The translations under genes and the position numbers were made by a program. The notes under the pieces are model-generated. The model did no database searches, was not told the origin of the DNA, and saw only the letters and a program-made list of their open reading frames with translations. Shown piece after piece: positions 26,212-38,350 of a stretch of 64,000 nucleotides of DNA (position 1 is the first letter of the stretch; each line of letters begins with the position of its first letter). This DNA comes from Eledone cirrhosa (lineage: Eukaryota): positions 178,374,001-178,438,000 of the forward strand of contig OZ024740.1 of NCBI GenBank assembly GCA_964016885.1. The letters are read 5' to 3'.

Positions 26212-27181
26212 GGCTCAAATATTCAAATATTCAACTTTGTATTGTACACTGTATATCCAAAAAAAAATGGCTATAAATGGAAGAAGAAGAACCCCCCCCC
26301 TCCCCTCCTCTGGCTACACTATATAGGACAGCTAAACTCACCAACACCAGAAACTAGATACACCACCCACCCCATCATCTGTGTACACTAAACACAACAG
26401 CATTTTCACCTTCACCGCCACCGCTCACTACGGCCATCATTACCACCACTATCCCATCACCGCCGCCACCACCCCTTGACTCCTTCACTGCTGCTGCCAC
26501 CGCTACAGCACCATCACTACAGTAATACGGCTCAAATATTCAAATATTCAACTTTGTATTGTACACTGTATATCCAAAAAAAAATAAAATGGCTATAAAT
26601 GGAAGAAGAAGAACCCCCCCCCCTCCTCTCCTCTGGCTACACTATATAGGACAGCGAAACTCACCAACACCAGAAACTAGATACACCACCCACCCCATCA
26701 TCTGTGTACACTAAACACAACAGCATTTTCACCTTCACCGCCACCGCTCACTACGGCCATCATTACCACCACTATCCCATCACCGCCGCCACCACCCCTT
26801 GACTCCTTCACTGCTGCTGCCACCGCTACAGCACCATCACTACAGTAATACGGCTCAAATATTCAAATATTCAACTTTGTATTGTACACTGTATATCCAA
26901 AAAAAAATAAATAAAATGGCTATAAATGGAAGAAGAAGAACCCCCCCCCCCTCCTCTCCTCTGGCTACACTATATAGGACAGCGAAACTCACCAACACCA
27001 GAAACTAGATACACCACCCACCCCATCATCTGTGTACACTAAACACAACAGCATTTTCACCTTCACCGCCACCGCTCACTACGGCCATCATTACCACCAC
27101 TATCCTATCACCGCCGCCACCACCCCCTGACTCCTTCACTGCTGCTGCCACCGCTACAGCACCATCACTACAGTAATACGG
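26212..27181 (+). repeat. Three tandem copies of a ~320-bp unit
   Basis: GGCTCAAATATTCAAATATTCAACTTTG begins at 26212, 26529 and 26852. Units differ mainly in A and C run lengths. Confidence 0.95.
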
Positions 27182-27619
27182 TCGCATCACCGCCACCACT
27201 GCCTCGGTACCGACATCACCACCACCACTGTCTCAGTATCGCCAACGCCGCCAGTCTCTGCTGGCTACCACTTCCACATTATAGAATTCCTACTACTAAC
27301 AAAGAGGAAGGCATCAAAATATATAGATAGACTCAAAAGAAAAAAGAAAAAACAAACAACAAAAGCAGCACAGCAACAACAGTAAAAAACGAGAAAAACA
27401 GAGAAAAACAAAAACAAAAAAAGAAACCCCAAAAACGTAAAGAAAATAAGAATGAAGAGAGAAGCAGGCGGACGGACAGAGAAGAGGGGGGAAAAAGTAA
27501 AACTTAAAAAACAAAAACTAAGTCAGACATTCGAATACTACATTACAATGAAACTTATGCTTATTCATTTTTGGGGCCCTTTCTGCCCGTGTGTTTGTTT
27601 GTTTATGTGTGTCCGTATA

Positions 27620-30600
27620 CAGCGTGGTGATAATGCCACACAAGGGCCAAGTGGGATGGCGGATCCACAGATGGCTATGTAAACATACATTCGCCAATCC
27701 TCGATAAGAGTGTTTAAATATCGAACATAAACAGTTCGAATAACGGTGAAATGGAGACTAGAACGTCATGTGACAGACTCTCACCCAACAGGTGCCCCCT
27801 GGCTCAGCAGCAGGAACCTGACTGTCAACCAAATACTGCTGATGTTGGAGGAAGAAGAAGAAGGAAAGGGGCCAGAACCAACTGGACGAAAGAATTGAAT
27901 AGAACTGTTATGCAATGCTACCTGAAAAGTAACCCCAAGGAGAGGGGCTACAGGAGACGGATGCATAACATCTGGAACGAGATTGGTTTATTTAAATTAG
28001 ATGAACAAAAATTGGCCGGGCAGGCTCGGGTAATAAGAACTAATGGGTGGATAAGCGAGCTGGAACTGGAGGAACTGAGCAGAGAGAATGGCTTGGAGAT
28101 GGCGGGTGTAGTATGCCAGACAAGCGAGCCGGCGGGAAATGAAGGTGAGGAGGTCCTGAGAACGGAGGAACCACCCGAAGCAGACAATGATCTGAATACT
28201 GAGATAAATAATACCTGGAACAGAGATACGGCCACTGAGGAGATGAATGCTGACGGGCTAGGACAAGATTCGGTTGACATCCTAAATTTAGTGGTAGATG
28301 AGTTGAACAATGATAGTGGGAGACCTATGAACCTAAGATTTGTAGACAGGAAAAAGTTAAAAGAAACAACAGCTAAGGTAAACAAAGTCATCCCATACCT
28401 TGAGGCGAGGAGTCTTCACCAGTGCAACAATATCCTCAAAGCAACAGCAAATACGGTGAGGAAACTACTTGGTATAAAAGCGAGAGGAAACAACAGACAA
28501 GAAAGAGCAGAGCCGTGGTGGAGGAAGCGACTGAGTGGGCAAATCGGGGAAATGAGAAATGACATAGGAAAGCTTGAGTCACTACTGAATGGGACACTAA
28601 AAAACATAGGCACTAAAAATAGACTGGAAATAAAATACAAAACTAGGAGTAAAAAGCTAAATATTATCATAGAGGAATTGAAGCAACGCATTGTAGCAAA
28701 GAGTGCCAAAATCAGGCGATACGAGAACAGAGTCAGTCAGTATAAACAGAACCGCATGTTCGACAACAACCAGAAGATGCTGTTTGGACAGCTTGAGGGG
28801 AAAGAAAGAGGCAACGACTTGATCCCTGGGGCGGAACAAGCTAAAACATTCTGGAGAGGAATATGGGAGCAGGATGTTAGACACAATGCCCAGGCAGGGT
28901 GGATTGAGACAGTACAGAGGGAGATCGGTGAGCAGGCACAGCAACAGACTGATTTGAGTATCACAGTTGAAACTCTTAAGGGGCAAGCCAAAAAACTAAC
29001 CAACTGGAAATCACCAGGCCCAGATGGTGTGCAGGGGTATTGGATTAAACATTTAACATCCCTCCACCCGAAGCTGACGGCCATGTTCAATGACTGCTTG
29101 GTGTCGGGTGAGGTGCCAGAGTGGTTGACAAAAGGTACCACAGTTCTGATAATGAAAGACCGAATCAAGGGTAATGATGTTACCAACTATAGACCTATCA
29201 CATGTCTGCCCGTAATGTGGAAACTGTTGACGAGCATTGTGTCTGAGGAAATCTACCATCACCTCCACACAAACAACTTGTTGCCGGACGAACAGAAAGG
29301 ATGCCGAAAGAAGTCACGTGGTACAAAGGACCAGTTGCTTATTGATAAGATGGTAATGGGGAATTGCAGGAGGAGACACACTGATCTTGCCATGGGATGG
29401 ATAGACTACAGAAAGGCATTTGACATGGTGCCTCATTCCTGGATCACCAAAAGCCTGGAGATCTTCAGGGTGGCAGATAACATCAGACAGTTGCTGGGCA
29501 GGAGTATGGGGTCCTGGGAGACAGAGTTGACATCAACTGGAGTATCCTTGGGAAGCGTGAAGATCAAGAGAGGTATCTTCCAGGGAGATAGCCTGTCCCC
29601 TCTGTTGTTTGTCCTTGCCCTGATGCCCTTGACCATTATGCTGCGAAAAGTGAGAGCAGGATACAAGTTGGGAAGGGGAGAGCTTACCATCAATCACCTC
29701 CTCTTCATGGACGATCTTAAGCTCTTCGGGAAAAGTGAGAAGGAGTTGGATGTGCTTGTTGACACTGTCCGTATTTTCAGCAGTGATATATGTATGCAGT
29801 TTGGTATTGGTAAATGTGGAGTCATTGTGATGAGGAGGGGTAGGTTGAGCAGAAGTAACGGGATCCAGATACCAACAGGTGAGATGATAAAGGAAATTGA
29901 CTCTGAGGAAGGATACAAGTATTTGGGCGTTCTGGAGGCTGATGGCATAAAGAACAAAAAAATGAAGGAATTGTTAAGAACTGAATACATTCGGAGAGTA
30001 AGGAGCGTATTGAAGTCACATCTGAACAGCAGAAATGCCATAAGCGCAGTAAATTCCAGAGCTGTGTCTATTATTAGGTACAGTGCGGGAATCCTGAGAT
30101 GGAATGTTGCTGAACAAAAAGAAATGGATAGGAAGACTAGGAAGCTATTGACTATCTACAACATGTTCCACAAGAGGAGTGATGTCGATAGACTCTACCT
30201 AAGGAGATCTGAGGGTGGAAGAGGTCTTATCAGCATAGAGGACTGTGTTCAGATGGAGAAAAACAACCTATACAAATACGTGACCTATAGTAAGGAGCCA
30301 ATGCTCAGAGCTGTACTGAAGGAGGGGACAGTAGGCCAGGGGATACCCAAGGAGGAAATAACATCAAGGAGGAAGAGCAGCCTTAAGGGAAAATCCCTTC
30401 ATAGTACCTTCTTTGAGAAAACTGAATTTAGAGATCCACAGACATGGAACTGGTTGAGAAGAGGAGACCTCAAAAAGGCTACAGAAGGAATGCTAATGGC
30501 TGCGCAGGAGCAGGCCCTCAAAACGAAGTGGTTGAAGCACCATATCTACAAGGAGGAGGCTAGCCCACTGTGCAGGATCTGTGGAGAGAGAGAGGAGACT

Positions 30601-31218
30601 GTGGCTCACATTGTGTCCGAGTGTAAACACCTAGCCCAGACCCACTATAAGGGCTGGAGACACGATGTGATGGGCAGGGTGATCCACTGGCACCTGTGCA
30701 AAGTAAACAATCTACCACATTCTGAGAAATGGTATGAGCATAGGCCAGAGGCGGTGATGGAGAACAGTCAGGTGAAGGTGCTGTGGGATTTTAGGATACA
30801 GACGGACAAAAAACTGGAACACAATAGACCTGACCTGGTGGTTGTGGACAAAGAAAAAAGATCGTGCCTGATTGTGGATGTGGCCTGCCCGTTCGACACG
30901 AGAGTGCAAGAGAAGGAGAGGGAGAAAATTAACCGATACCAGGACCTAAAGTGGGAGGTGAAAAGGATTTGGAACTGCCATGAAGTCAAAGTGATCCCGA
31001 TTGTCATAGGCGCACTGGGGACTATCTCCAAAGGTTTCCAGGGATGGTTAAAGAAAATCGGCCCCTTCACGCTTTTTGGAACGCTTCAAAAGGCATGCTT
31101 GCTTGGAACGGCAAGAACCCTCCGATACGTCCTGAATATCTGAGGCTGCAGGTAGTGGCTTGATATTCAATCCAACGGACTTTCCAGTTAACCAACATCA
31201 ATGACTGAGATTCAAGGA
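27620..31218 (+). mobile_element. Dong/R4-clade element, family 2, apparently intact
   Basis: Uninterrupted 1130-aa ORF, short 3' UTR, then (AAT)n at 31219-31265. The 5' boundary is approximate. Confidence 0.93.
27751..31143 (+). CDS. Dong/R4 retrotransposon polyprotein (N-terminal DNA-binding region, RT, CCHC knuckle, restriction-like endonuclease)
   Basis: RTNWTKELN..VMQCY, WKSPGPDG, YRPITCL, WIDYRKAFD, FQGDSLSPLLF, HLLFMDDLKL, CRIC..ETVAHIVSEC, RHD, RPDLVVVD...IVDVACP, EKINRYQDL. Confidence 0.96.
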   Translation: METRTSCDRLSPNRCPLAQQQEPDCQPNTADVGGRRRRKGARTNWTKELNRTVMQCYLKSNPKERGYRRRMHNIWNEIGLFKLDEQKLAGQARVIRTNGWISELELEELSRENGLEMAGVVCQTSEPAGNEGEEVLRTEEPPEADNDLNTEINNTWNRDTATEEMNADGLGQDSVDILNLVVDELNNDSGRPMNLRFVDRKKLKETTAKVNKVIPYLEARSLHQCNNILKATANTVRKLLGIKARGNNRQERAEPWWRKRLSGQIGEMRNDIGKLESLLNGTLKNIGTKNRLEIKYKTRSKKLNIIIEELKQRIVAKSAKIRRYENRVSQYKQNRMFDNNQKMLFGQLEGKERGNDLIPGAEQAKTFWRGIWEQDVRHNAQAGWIETVQREIGEQAQQQTDLSITVETLKGQAKKLTNWKSPGPDGVQGYWIKHLTSLHPKLTAMFNDCLVSGEVPEWLTKGTTVLIMKDRIKGNDVTNYRPITCLPVMWKLLTSIVSEEIYHHLHTNNLLPDEQKGCRKKSRGTKDQLLIDKMVMGNCRRRHTDLAMGWIDYRKAFDMVPHSWITKSLEIFRVADNIRQLLGRSMGSWETELTSTGVSLGSVKIKRGIFQGDSLSPLLFVLALMPLTIMLRKVRAGYKLGRGELTINHLLFMDDLKLFGKSEKELDVLVDTVRIFSSDICMQFGIGKCGVIVMRRGRLSRSNGIQIPTGEMIKEIDSEEGYKYLGVLEADGIKNKKMKELLRTEYIRRVRSVLKSHLNSRNAISAVNSRAVSIIRYSAGILRWNVAEQKEMDRKTRKLLTIYNMFHKRSDVDRLYLRRSEGGRGLISIEDCVQMEKNNLYKYVTYSKEPMLRAVLKEGTVGQGIPKEEITSRRKSSLKGKSLHSTFFEKTEFRDPQTWNWLRRGDLKKATEGMLMAAQEQALKTKWLKHHIYKEEASPLCRICGEREETVAHIVSECKHLAQTHYKGWRHDVMGRVIHWHLCKVNNLPHSEKWYEHRPEAVMENSQVKVLWDFRIQTDKKLEHNRPDLVVVDKEKRSCLIVDVACPFDTRVQEKEREKINRYQDLKWEVKRIWNCHEVKVIPIVIGALGTISKGFQGWLKKIGPFTLFGTLQKACLLGTARTLRYVLNI

Positions 31219-31229
31219 ATAACAATAAC

Positions 31230-31264
<35 letters not shown>

Positions 31265-31266
<2 letters not shown>

Positions 31267-31611
31267 TGGATGTGGCCTGCCCATTCGACACGAGAGTGCA
31301 AGAGAAGGAGAGGGAGACAATTAACCGATACCAGGACTTAAAGTGGGAGGTAAAAAGGATTTGGAACTGCCATGAAGTCAAAGTGATCCCGATTGTCATA
31401 GGCGCACTGGGGACTATCTCCAAAAGTTTCCAGGGATGGTTAAAGAAAATCGACCCCTTCACGCTTTTTGGAACGCTTCAAAAGGCATGCTTGCTGGGAA
31501 CAGCAAGAACCCTCCGATACGTCCTGAATATCTGAGGCTGCAGGTAGTGGCTTGATATTCATTCCAACGGACTTTCCAGTTAACTAACATCAATGACTGA
31601 GACTCAAGGAA
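31265..31611 (+). mobile_element. 5'-truncated Dong family 2 copy sitting in the (AAT)n tail of the intact copy
   Basis: Repeats about 30873-31218 with several substitutions (e.g. EKINR to ETINR, KGFQ to KSFQ) and has its own short AAT tail. Confidence 0.92.
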
Positions 31612-32268
31612 TAATAATATATTTTATTTTATATTGATGATGACATTCAGTTCTTTCAATACATTAATATTTGGGACTCACCAGACTTTAAATAATAAAA
31701 TATTTGTTTAAAACAAGGCTCGCACATTTTGTCGAAATCTGATCTGGTGGAGGCAGTAGTTCATGTGTCGCTTCACAGAAACATCTGTTCGATATATAAG
31801 ACGGGCATCTTGTAGACTTGTCGGACGTAGAGGGAAAAATGAATACTTCCAGTAGTTCAAAATACAATTAAACCATGCTTCTATGTTGATATGGCCAGTA
31901 ACATTCAATAATTGTTTTCATTTTCCACCAAGGAACATTATTAGAAGCATTGTATGAATAAAAAACAATAGATGTTTTGTTACCGAGACATTTTTCTTCA
32001 TTTATATATGTACATCATACACTAACAAACGTGTATCGACGCCAAAAAAGTATTTTTACCATTGCTTTGAATATACAACCCATGAATACACACAGAAGAA
32101 TTCAAAGTCTAGCTGACAAACATACACACACATATACATATACCTACACACAACACACACACACACACACACACATACACACATACACACACACACGCAC
32201 ACACATATATATATATACATGTGTATATATATATATGTATATATATGTATATATATATATGTATACAA

Positions 32269-32339
<71 letters not shown>

Positions 32340-32807
32340 CTTAAATAATCATTTTTCACAGATGTAAATAGATTGGTGTTGTTTTGGCAGAATTTATAAG
32401 TAAATCAATAGGAACACATCAAAACAGATCATTGACAACTTTATTTGGCTTTAGTGATAATTTTCGGTTGAGCTACATCAGAAAAGTTAATTACATTACA
32501 GAATGAATCAATACACAGATAATATCTATACAAGAACAGGAGCATTCTTTCTCATTTTGTTTCTCAACTGAAAACAGATACATTTTAATTGAGTATATGA
32601 ATTTTTTTATTAATTATAAATATTATAGACAGTCAACTGCATAGTATCGATTTTATACACGTAGACACATACGCAGATAGCCACACATATATACGTTTTA
32701 AGAGATAGACATATACTACTATGTGATGTATATTACATGTAGTAAAGAGAGAAATATTTACGTACACACACACACACATATATATATATATACATATATA
32801 TACAGAT

Positions 32808-32848
<41 letters not shown>

Positions 32849-35800
32849 CATACATAATTTTAACTTATTTCCTTTACAACTCTCCCCAATCCAAAATACA
32901 ACAATCTTAAGTAGGCCACAATACACCACACAAACTATTAACTAGTTAAATAAAATTATAATAACATTTAAAACCACACCAGAAAAGCACTTTGTTACAA
33001 AGACCTTTCAAAATGGATCATAGTCCACACTTTATAAGAGGTATGATACAATATATATAATATTTCCCCAAACAATCTTACTCAACAACTACATATAATA
33101 AAACTTAAACTACGCGAAAAACACTATACAAAATAAATATACACTAGTGCCTAATATTTGCTTTCTGCCTATATGTAACTCCCAAGTGCAGTAGTACCAC
33201 ATACTTTGTTATGCACTAAATACATACTCCTACCAAGAGAAAAGCTCTTCGTATTAGAGACCTGTTAACGGGAATCTTATCCACACAATATCAGAAACAT
33301 TACACAGTATATATAATGTTTGTATATACAAGCCTACTCAACAATAACATACAAAGCATAAAACGAAAATACAACTACCCATTTAAATAAAATTGAAGTT
33401 AAAATTTAAACCACAATAAAAAAGAAAGCATTCATACTGGAGAAGGTGATCATAATCCACACAGTTTCAGAGACATGATACAATGTACAATTTTTTCTTT
33501 ATATAACCAAACCCAATGGCAATAATCAAATAACATTTTAAACGACACAAAAGAAAAAGAAAAATTTTCTTAGTCTAATTTTCCTAGCTAACAGAATAAG
33601 AAGTTCGAATGTATCATAGATCGATTGTTCGTTCTCTCCGTCCTTCAGCTACGCGTGCTGTTCGCGGGAGCATGTGCTCACTTGCATCACTTAATTGCTC
33701 TGATATAACACACCATTGTGTAAACCTTCACACATACTAAAAAAATATCACTTCGGGAAATTGTTTTTAAAAGATGTTATAAAATAAATATAACTCGTAA
33801 ATACAAAAGGACTGATAGAGCACGTGATATGTAGAATGACACACAAAAAACTTTAAATCCACTTCAAATCAACGCAAATTTAGCAAATAATGTGGTATAT
33901 TCTTTAATTATTGTATCATTTATCTTAAAACCTCACTGTCTATTCCCTCACACTCTTTCTATGTCCCTACAACAGTGCATGGTCTATAGTATCTTTTCCT
34001 CTTGTCAAGTTGGTAGTTATAATGGCGTCGCATAGATCTGTATTTCTTCAGAATCTCTGCAATCTGAATTTAAATACCGACGGGAGGAACTAAAATAAAT
34101 TACCAGCCAGTTACTTGCGTCGATTCCTGTTTTTTTTTTCAAGTATTAATCAGCATAATAATGGCAGCTGCAGTAGTGTTTTTCATCTCTAAGAAGAGTA
34201 GAAACTTAACAAATGACGTTTGGTGTTTCGCTCTACTTAAATTGATCTACTTGATGTTCATTTTAACATTTATAGGTTTATGTAGAAGGAAAACATGGCG
34301 AAAGTGAAATATTAGAGGGTTGTACTTAGGTTTCGTGTGTGAGCTGAAATGTCTGATATGATGGAAGAGTTGCTAAAGAAAGCAAGACGAATGCATTGGG
34401 TGGGTTGAGGCCAAGGAACATGTTACTTGCAATTTCAGAGGAACGACGATCTTGTAGTTGTGGTGAAAGAGCAAAGAAAAAGAACGACTGTGAGTCAGCA
34501 GCATAGTGTATTATTGAGTGAGTGTTTGAAACTGAGGCGATTGGCATTTATTTGGATGATATCGAGGATGTTTGTGTAGCATCAATACTACTCCTGATGC
34601 ATAAGCTCGACGTCAATGCAGGTTCCAATTAAGATATTAAAAATAACATAACCGTACTAATTATTGATACAATGAGAGATTTGAGAAGGACAATACAGTA
34701 GAAAAGGAAATAACAGAAACTGGCGCGTCAGGTATGTCAGGTGGGAAGTGTTATCAGATAGTTAATTCACTGGGTAGAAGAAACAGCTACGTGAAACAGC
34801 ATACCAGTAATCAAATTATTGCCATGTATTGGTGTGCGAAGCTTTGTTAATCAGTTGAATGACTTTTATTTCGATGTGACTCAAGAAAGAAAACATGGAA
34901 CGCCCATCCCCTTAAAATTAATTAGGATGTAACTTAGATAATGATGTAATCAATATTTCAATGTGTTTATCAATTGAGCATATTTGAAATATTTATGATA
35001 GTGATAACTAGCTTTGCCATGTATGTGCAGCTTTAGAGAGAGTTTAGTAGGAGCAAGCTAGACAACTGGATGAGAGTTTGTTGATCATTGAAACAAAACA
35101 AAATGTGTCTATAAATAGATACAACAGAAATTAGTGATAATTAATTTATGATGAAAATCTGTGTATGTGATTAAATGGTGATATTTTGAAAATTTGAAGT
35201 GCAACACAAAATAACACAAAACTGAAATACTGGGGATATTACTGCTGCTATTAAAACTTAATATCTTGGTAGAGCCAACAAAGATGATAGAACCAATTTA
35301 CAGCAACTTTAACAACAGTTGGTTATATACATGCTGTTTCCTTTAGGCTTTAGTTTATTTAGAGATATCTTTAGATATTATGTAGAACCGGTAAGGGATA
35401 TAGATCCTTTCAGTGGCTGCCTATGTATTCTGAATATGCATTCAATTGCAGCTCCTAAAACAGATTTAAACAGTGTCAGTTATCAGTAATGTCTGACAAA
35501 CTGTAAGAAGTAGTTTGGTTGTATTGGAAAAACAAATATTGTGATGTTGAAATAGTCTCGAGAAGAGAGATTATGCTTGCTGCTGTCTTACATCCAATTC
35601 GTGAACGGTAATGATGAATGGGTAAATTCGATACACACACAATCTCTCTCTCAGTTACATAACTGGAGTAAATATTTGAATAAATATAAACAACATTTTA
35701 AGAAATGAAAATCATAGAAAATACGAATGTTGAAACGAATATTTCAACTAGAAACATATTCAGGAGTTCCAAGACTAGTGTTCCGAAGGGAGCAAGATAT

Positions 35801-36749
35801 TCTCAGACAAATGACCTGCCCCAACGGTTGCAGCAGCGTAGAATCCGTTCAACACAAGCAAGGGTTAGTCGTCAGTGTTCGGGTGACCCAAGAATAGAAA
35901 TATTTTCCCTGACGAGCTTCCAAATGATATCCGTCTAACCAATCTCACATGCAATTATTTCGTCGACACTTTCTGCCTTTCATTTGTCATATTTTGGTTA
36001 GCTTATTCAAAGTGCGAAGTATTTGTGAAAAGTAAAACATATACGTAATAACGAAATAATTTGCTTAGAATACAAAATTTGTGAAATTGAGAGAAGAAAA
36101 TATGTACGTAAAATTTTGTTTAGTAAAAATAATTAAAAAATAATTTCAAAGTTTTTGCCACTTGTAATTTCTGAGACGTGCACTTAATCACTGACTTAAG
36201 TAATCATTGAAACACATCTGATAATATCATCAGACATCTAATTCTGTAGTGTTTTGTTCGATTACACGGGGAAGACTGGGATGATGGTGGGAGTGATGTA
36301 TAATATAGCGTTCGCCTAGTAACTATCAAAAGTCATGTTTTTTTTGTAACAATAATCGACTGCGTTGTTATCTCTATTGCGGTATTTTGAATGCCACGAC
36401 ATAATTACCCTCTACAATATGGTATTCACAAATCTTGAGTACAAAGAAGTAATAGCTTAGAAAAAATAAGTAAAACAAGAACAACGAAAGCAATATCAAA
36501 AACAAAAGTACTCAAACAACCATCTTACTAACGAGTTTAAACTGTTTTATTTGACATTAAAACCAAACGATTTTTTCACTAATCTAATCTAAAAGACCAA
36601 AACAGTAACACTAACTAAAACAAGCACAACCGAAACCATAACAATAATAATAATAAAAAAAAACAGATTCTAACACTAAGAAAATCAATGGTATGAAGGA
36701 TAAAAAAAAAAAAAATCAGCTAGACAGATATTTGAAATAACGGCAATTA

Positions 36750-36916
36750 ATTGATCGATTTAATAAATGACTAAATTAATAAATGAATAAATAGATAGAT
36801 AGATAAATGACTAAATTAATAAATGAACAAATAGATAGATAAATAAATAAATATATAAATAAATAAATAAATGAATGAATAAATAAATAAATAATAATAA
36901 CAACAACAACAACATC

Positions 36917-36972
<56 letters not shown>

Positions 36973-36995
36973 GAAGAAGAAGAAGAAGAAGAAAT
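36750..36995. repeat. Compound microsatellite (TAAA/TAGA, AAC, AAT, AAG)
   Basis: Direct reading. Confidence 0.9.
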
Positions 36996-37329
36996 ATATA
37001 TTATTAGTGTCATTAATAGTACTGAGAGATGAAGGGGGTTACTTTATAACACTTTCAATGAAACAAAATAACCGTATATATGAAAATATAGTGCTATCAA
37101 TTCCGATTTCATATCTGATTCAGGGTGGCTTCTCTTTTGTTTTGTTTACTTAATCTTTTATTTATGATTTATTTTCTTTTTCCATAGTTTGATAGTTTCT
37201 AGTGATATCTCTGTCATATGTTGCCTTCAATCTCAAAAGTGTGCTCAAACATCACTGCAACAACGATACGGGCCCAGATGATGTGGAGGATCCCTCACCC
37301 CCGTGTAGAAGCCCTGGAGCTGTCCAATT

Positions 37330-38350
37330 CGTGGTCTCAGTGGACAAAATTGAGAAAGCGTTGACCCGGAGGGAGGATTATGATAGCGATCGTTGGAATA
37401 GCCATTCAACCCTGTGAGCCTTACTTCTGTATGAGCCCAGCGCCTCGCGATAGTAGCACCTTTGATGGTGGTCCGAGGGCCAAGTACGTTGGGAGTTTCC
37501 ACTGCTACAAGTTCGACAACAAATCTATCGGAGAGTGGTCGATATTTCGGTACTTTTCATCTTTGGTTTCTCGGGCAGCGAAGCTTGGGTCTGGTGCAGA
37601 ATACATCATGTTGCCACTGGAGAAGGTATCATTGTATGTTGCGTCCCAGATAAGGGGCTTACCATGGTGGAACGGGAAGATCAAGATGATATCTCACCTT
37701 CTGCGTCTCCTCCGTCCAGTTGCACCGGTATGAGCTGCGAAGGAAAGCCCTCGGCGTCCGAGGCATACTTTTTGATCTTGTTGAGAGTGTCATGGCATGG
37801 AAGGTTACGGCACAGCAGCATAGCAGTAGATCCACAGCGGCATTCTTGCTCACAAATCCGGAGTTCAAGACTTAGGGAAACACCAATGCCAAACAGTCGC
37901 TTCTCGACTGAGTTCCCACTCTTAGCGAGGCTATGGTGCTATGGCGGGCGCTGCTTTAAGGATGGATATCTGATCACAAACACATCCAATGGTGCTGGTC
38001 AAGACAGCATTCCCTTTTCATTAGAGAGACTGAACTTTTAAGAGAGGAGATGGTTTGGACGCCCATGGAGCAGAGGCTGAGCTGGTTCAAAGACGCGTTG
38101 GCCGCTCACGTTCCTCAATCATTGTAGGATCTGTTGTTGAGAACTTAGTTGATGAAAACACGACAGGTGGTCATCGACGAAAGAAATGGCAGCAAAGCAA
38201 GTGATATTGGAGACCAGAGACCGGAACAACTATATCAAACAGGGAAGGTGACCTGTTGCCATCCGGTGTCGTCAAAAAGGACGTTGCATATCTCCTCAGT
38301 TGCCCGATGGATGCAGACGACGAAATATGTGTGCAGAGATGAGTGACTGT
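37330..38350 (-). pseudogene. Decayed 3' part of a CRE-type non-LTR retrotransposon (post-RT region + restriction-like endonuclease)
   Basis: Manual minus-strand translation across frameshifts: ICNVLFDDTGWQQVTFPV, SLALLPFLSSMTTC, FGIGVSLSLELRICEQECRCG, PCHDTLNKI..YA..AEGFPSQLIPVQLDGGD, FPFHHGKPLIWDATYNDTF. These parallel the CRE-type WxQAxLP / LALPAFLAS / RIAVxLRLG / RHxxLN / RPDG..P...G....WDxT motifs as I recall them. Confidence 0.75.

Noticed and set aside
31265-31611. Assembly duplication of the Dong 3' end
   Set aside because: The copy differs from the upstream one at several positions and has its own tail, which is consistent with a separate insertion.
37202-38346. Plus-strand ORFs as host exons
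   Set aside because: They show no recognisable domains and are antisense to a decayed CRE-like element.
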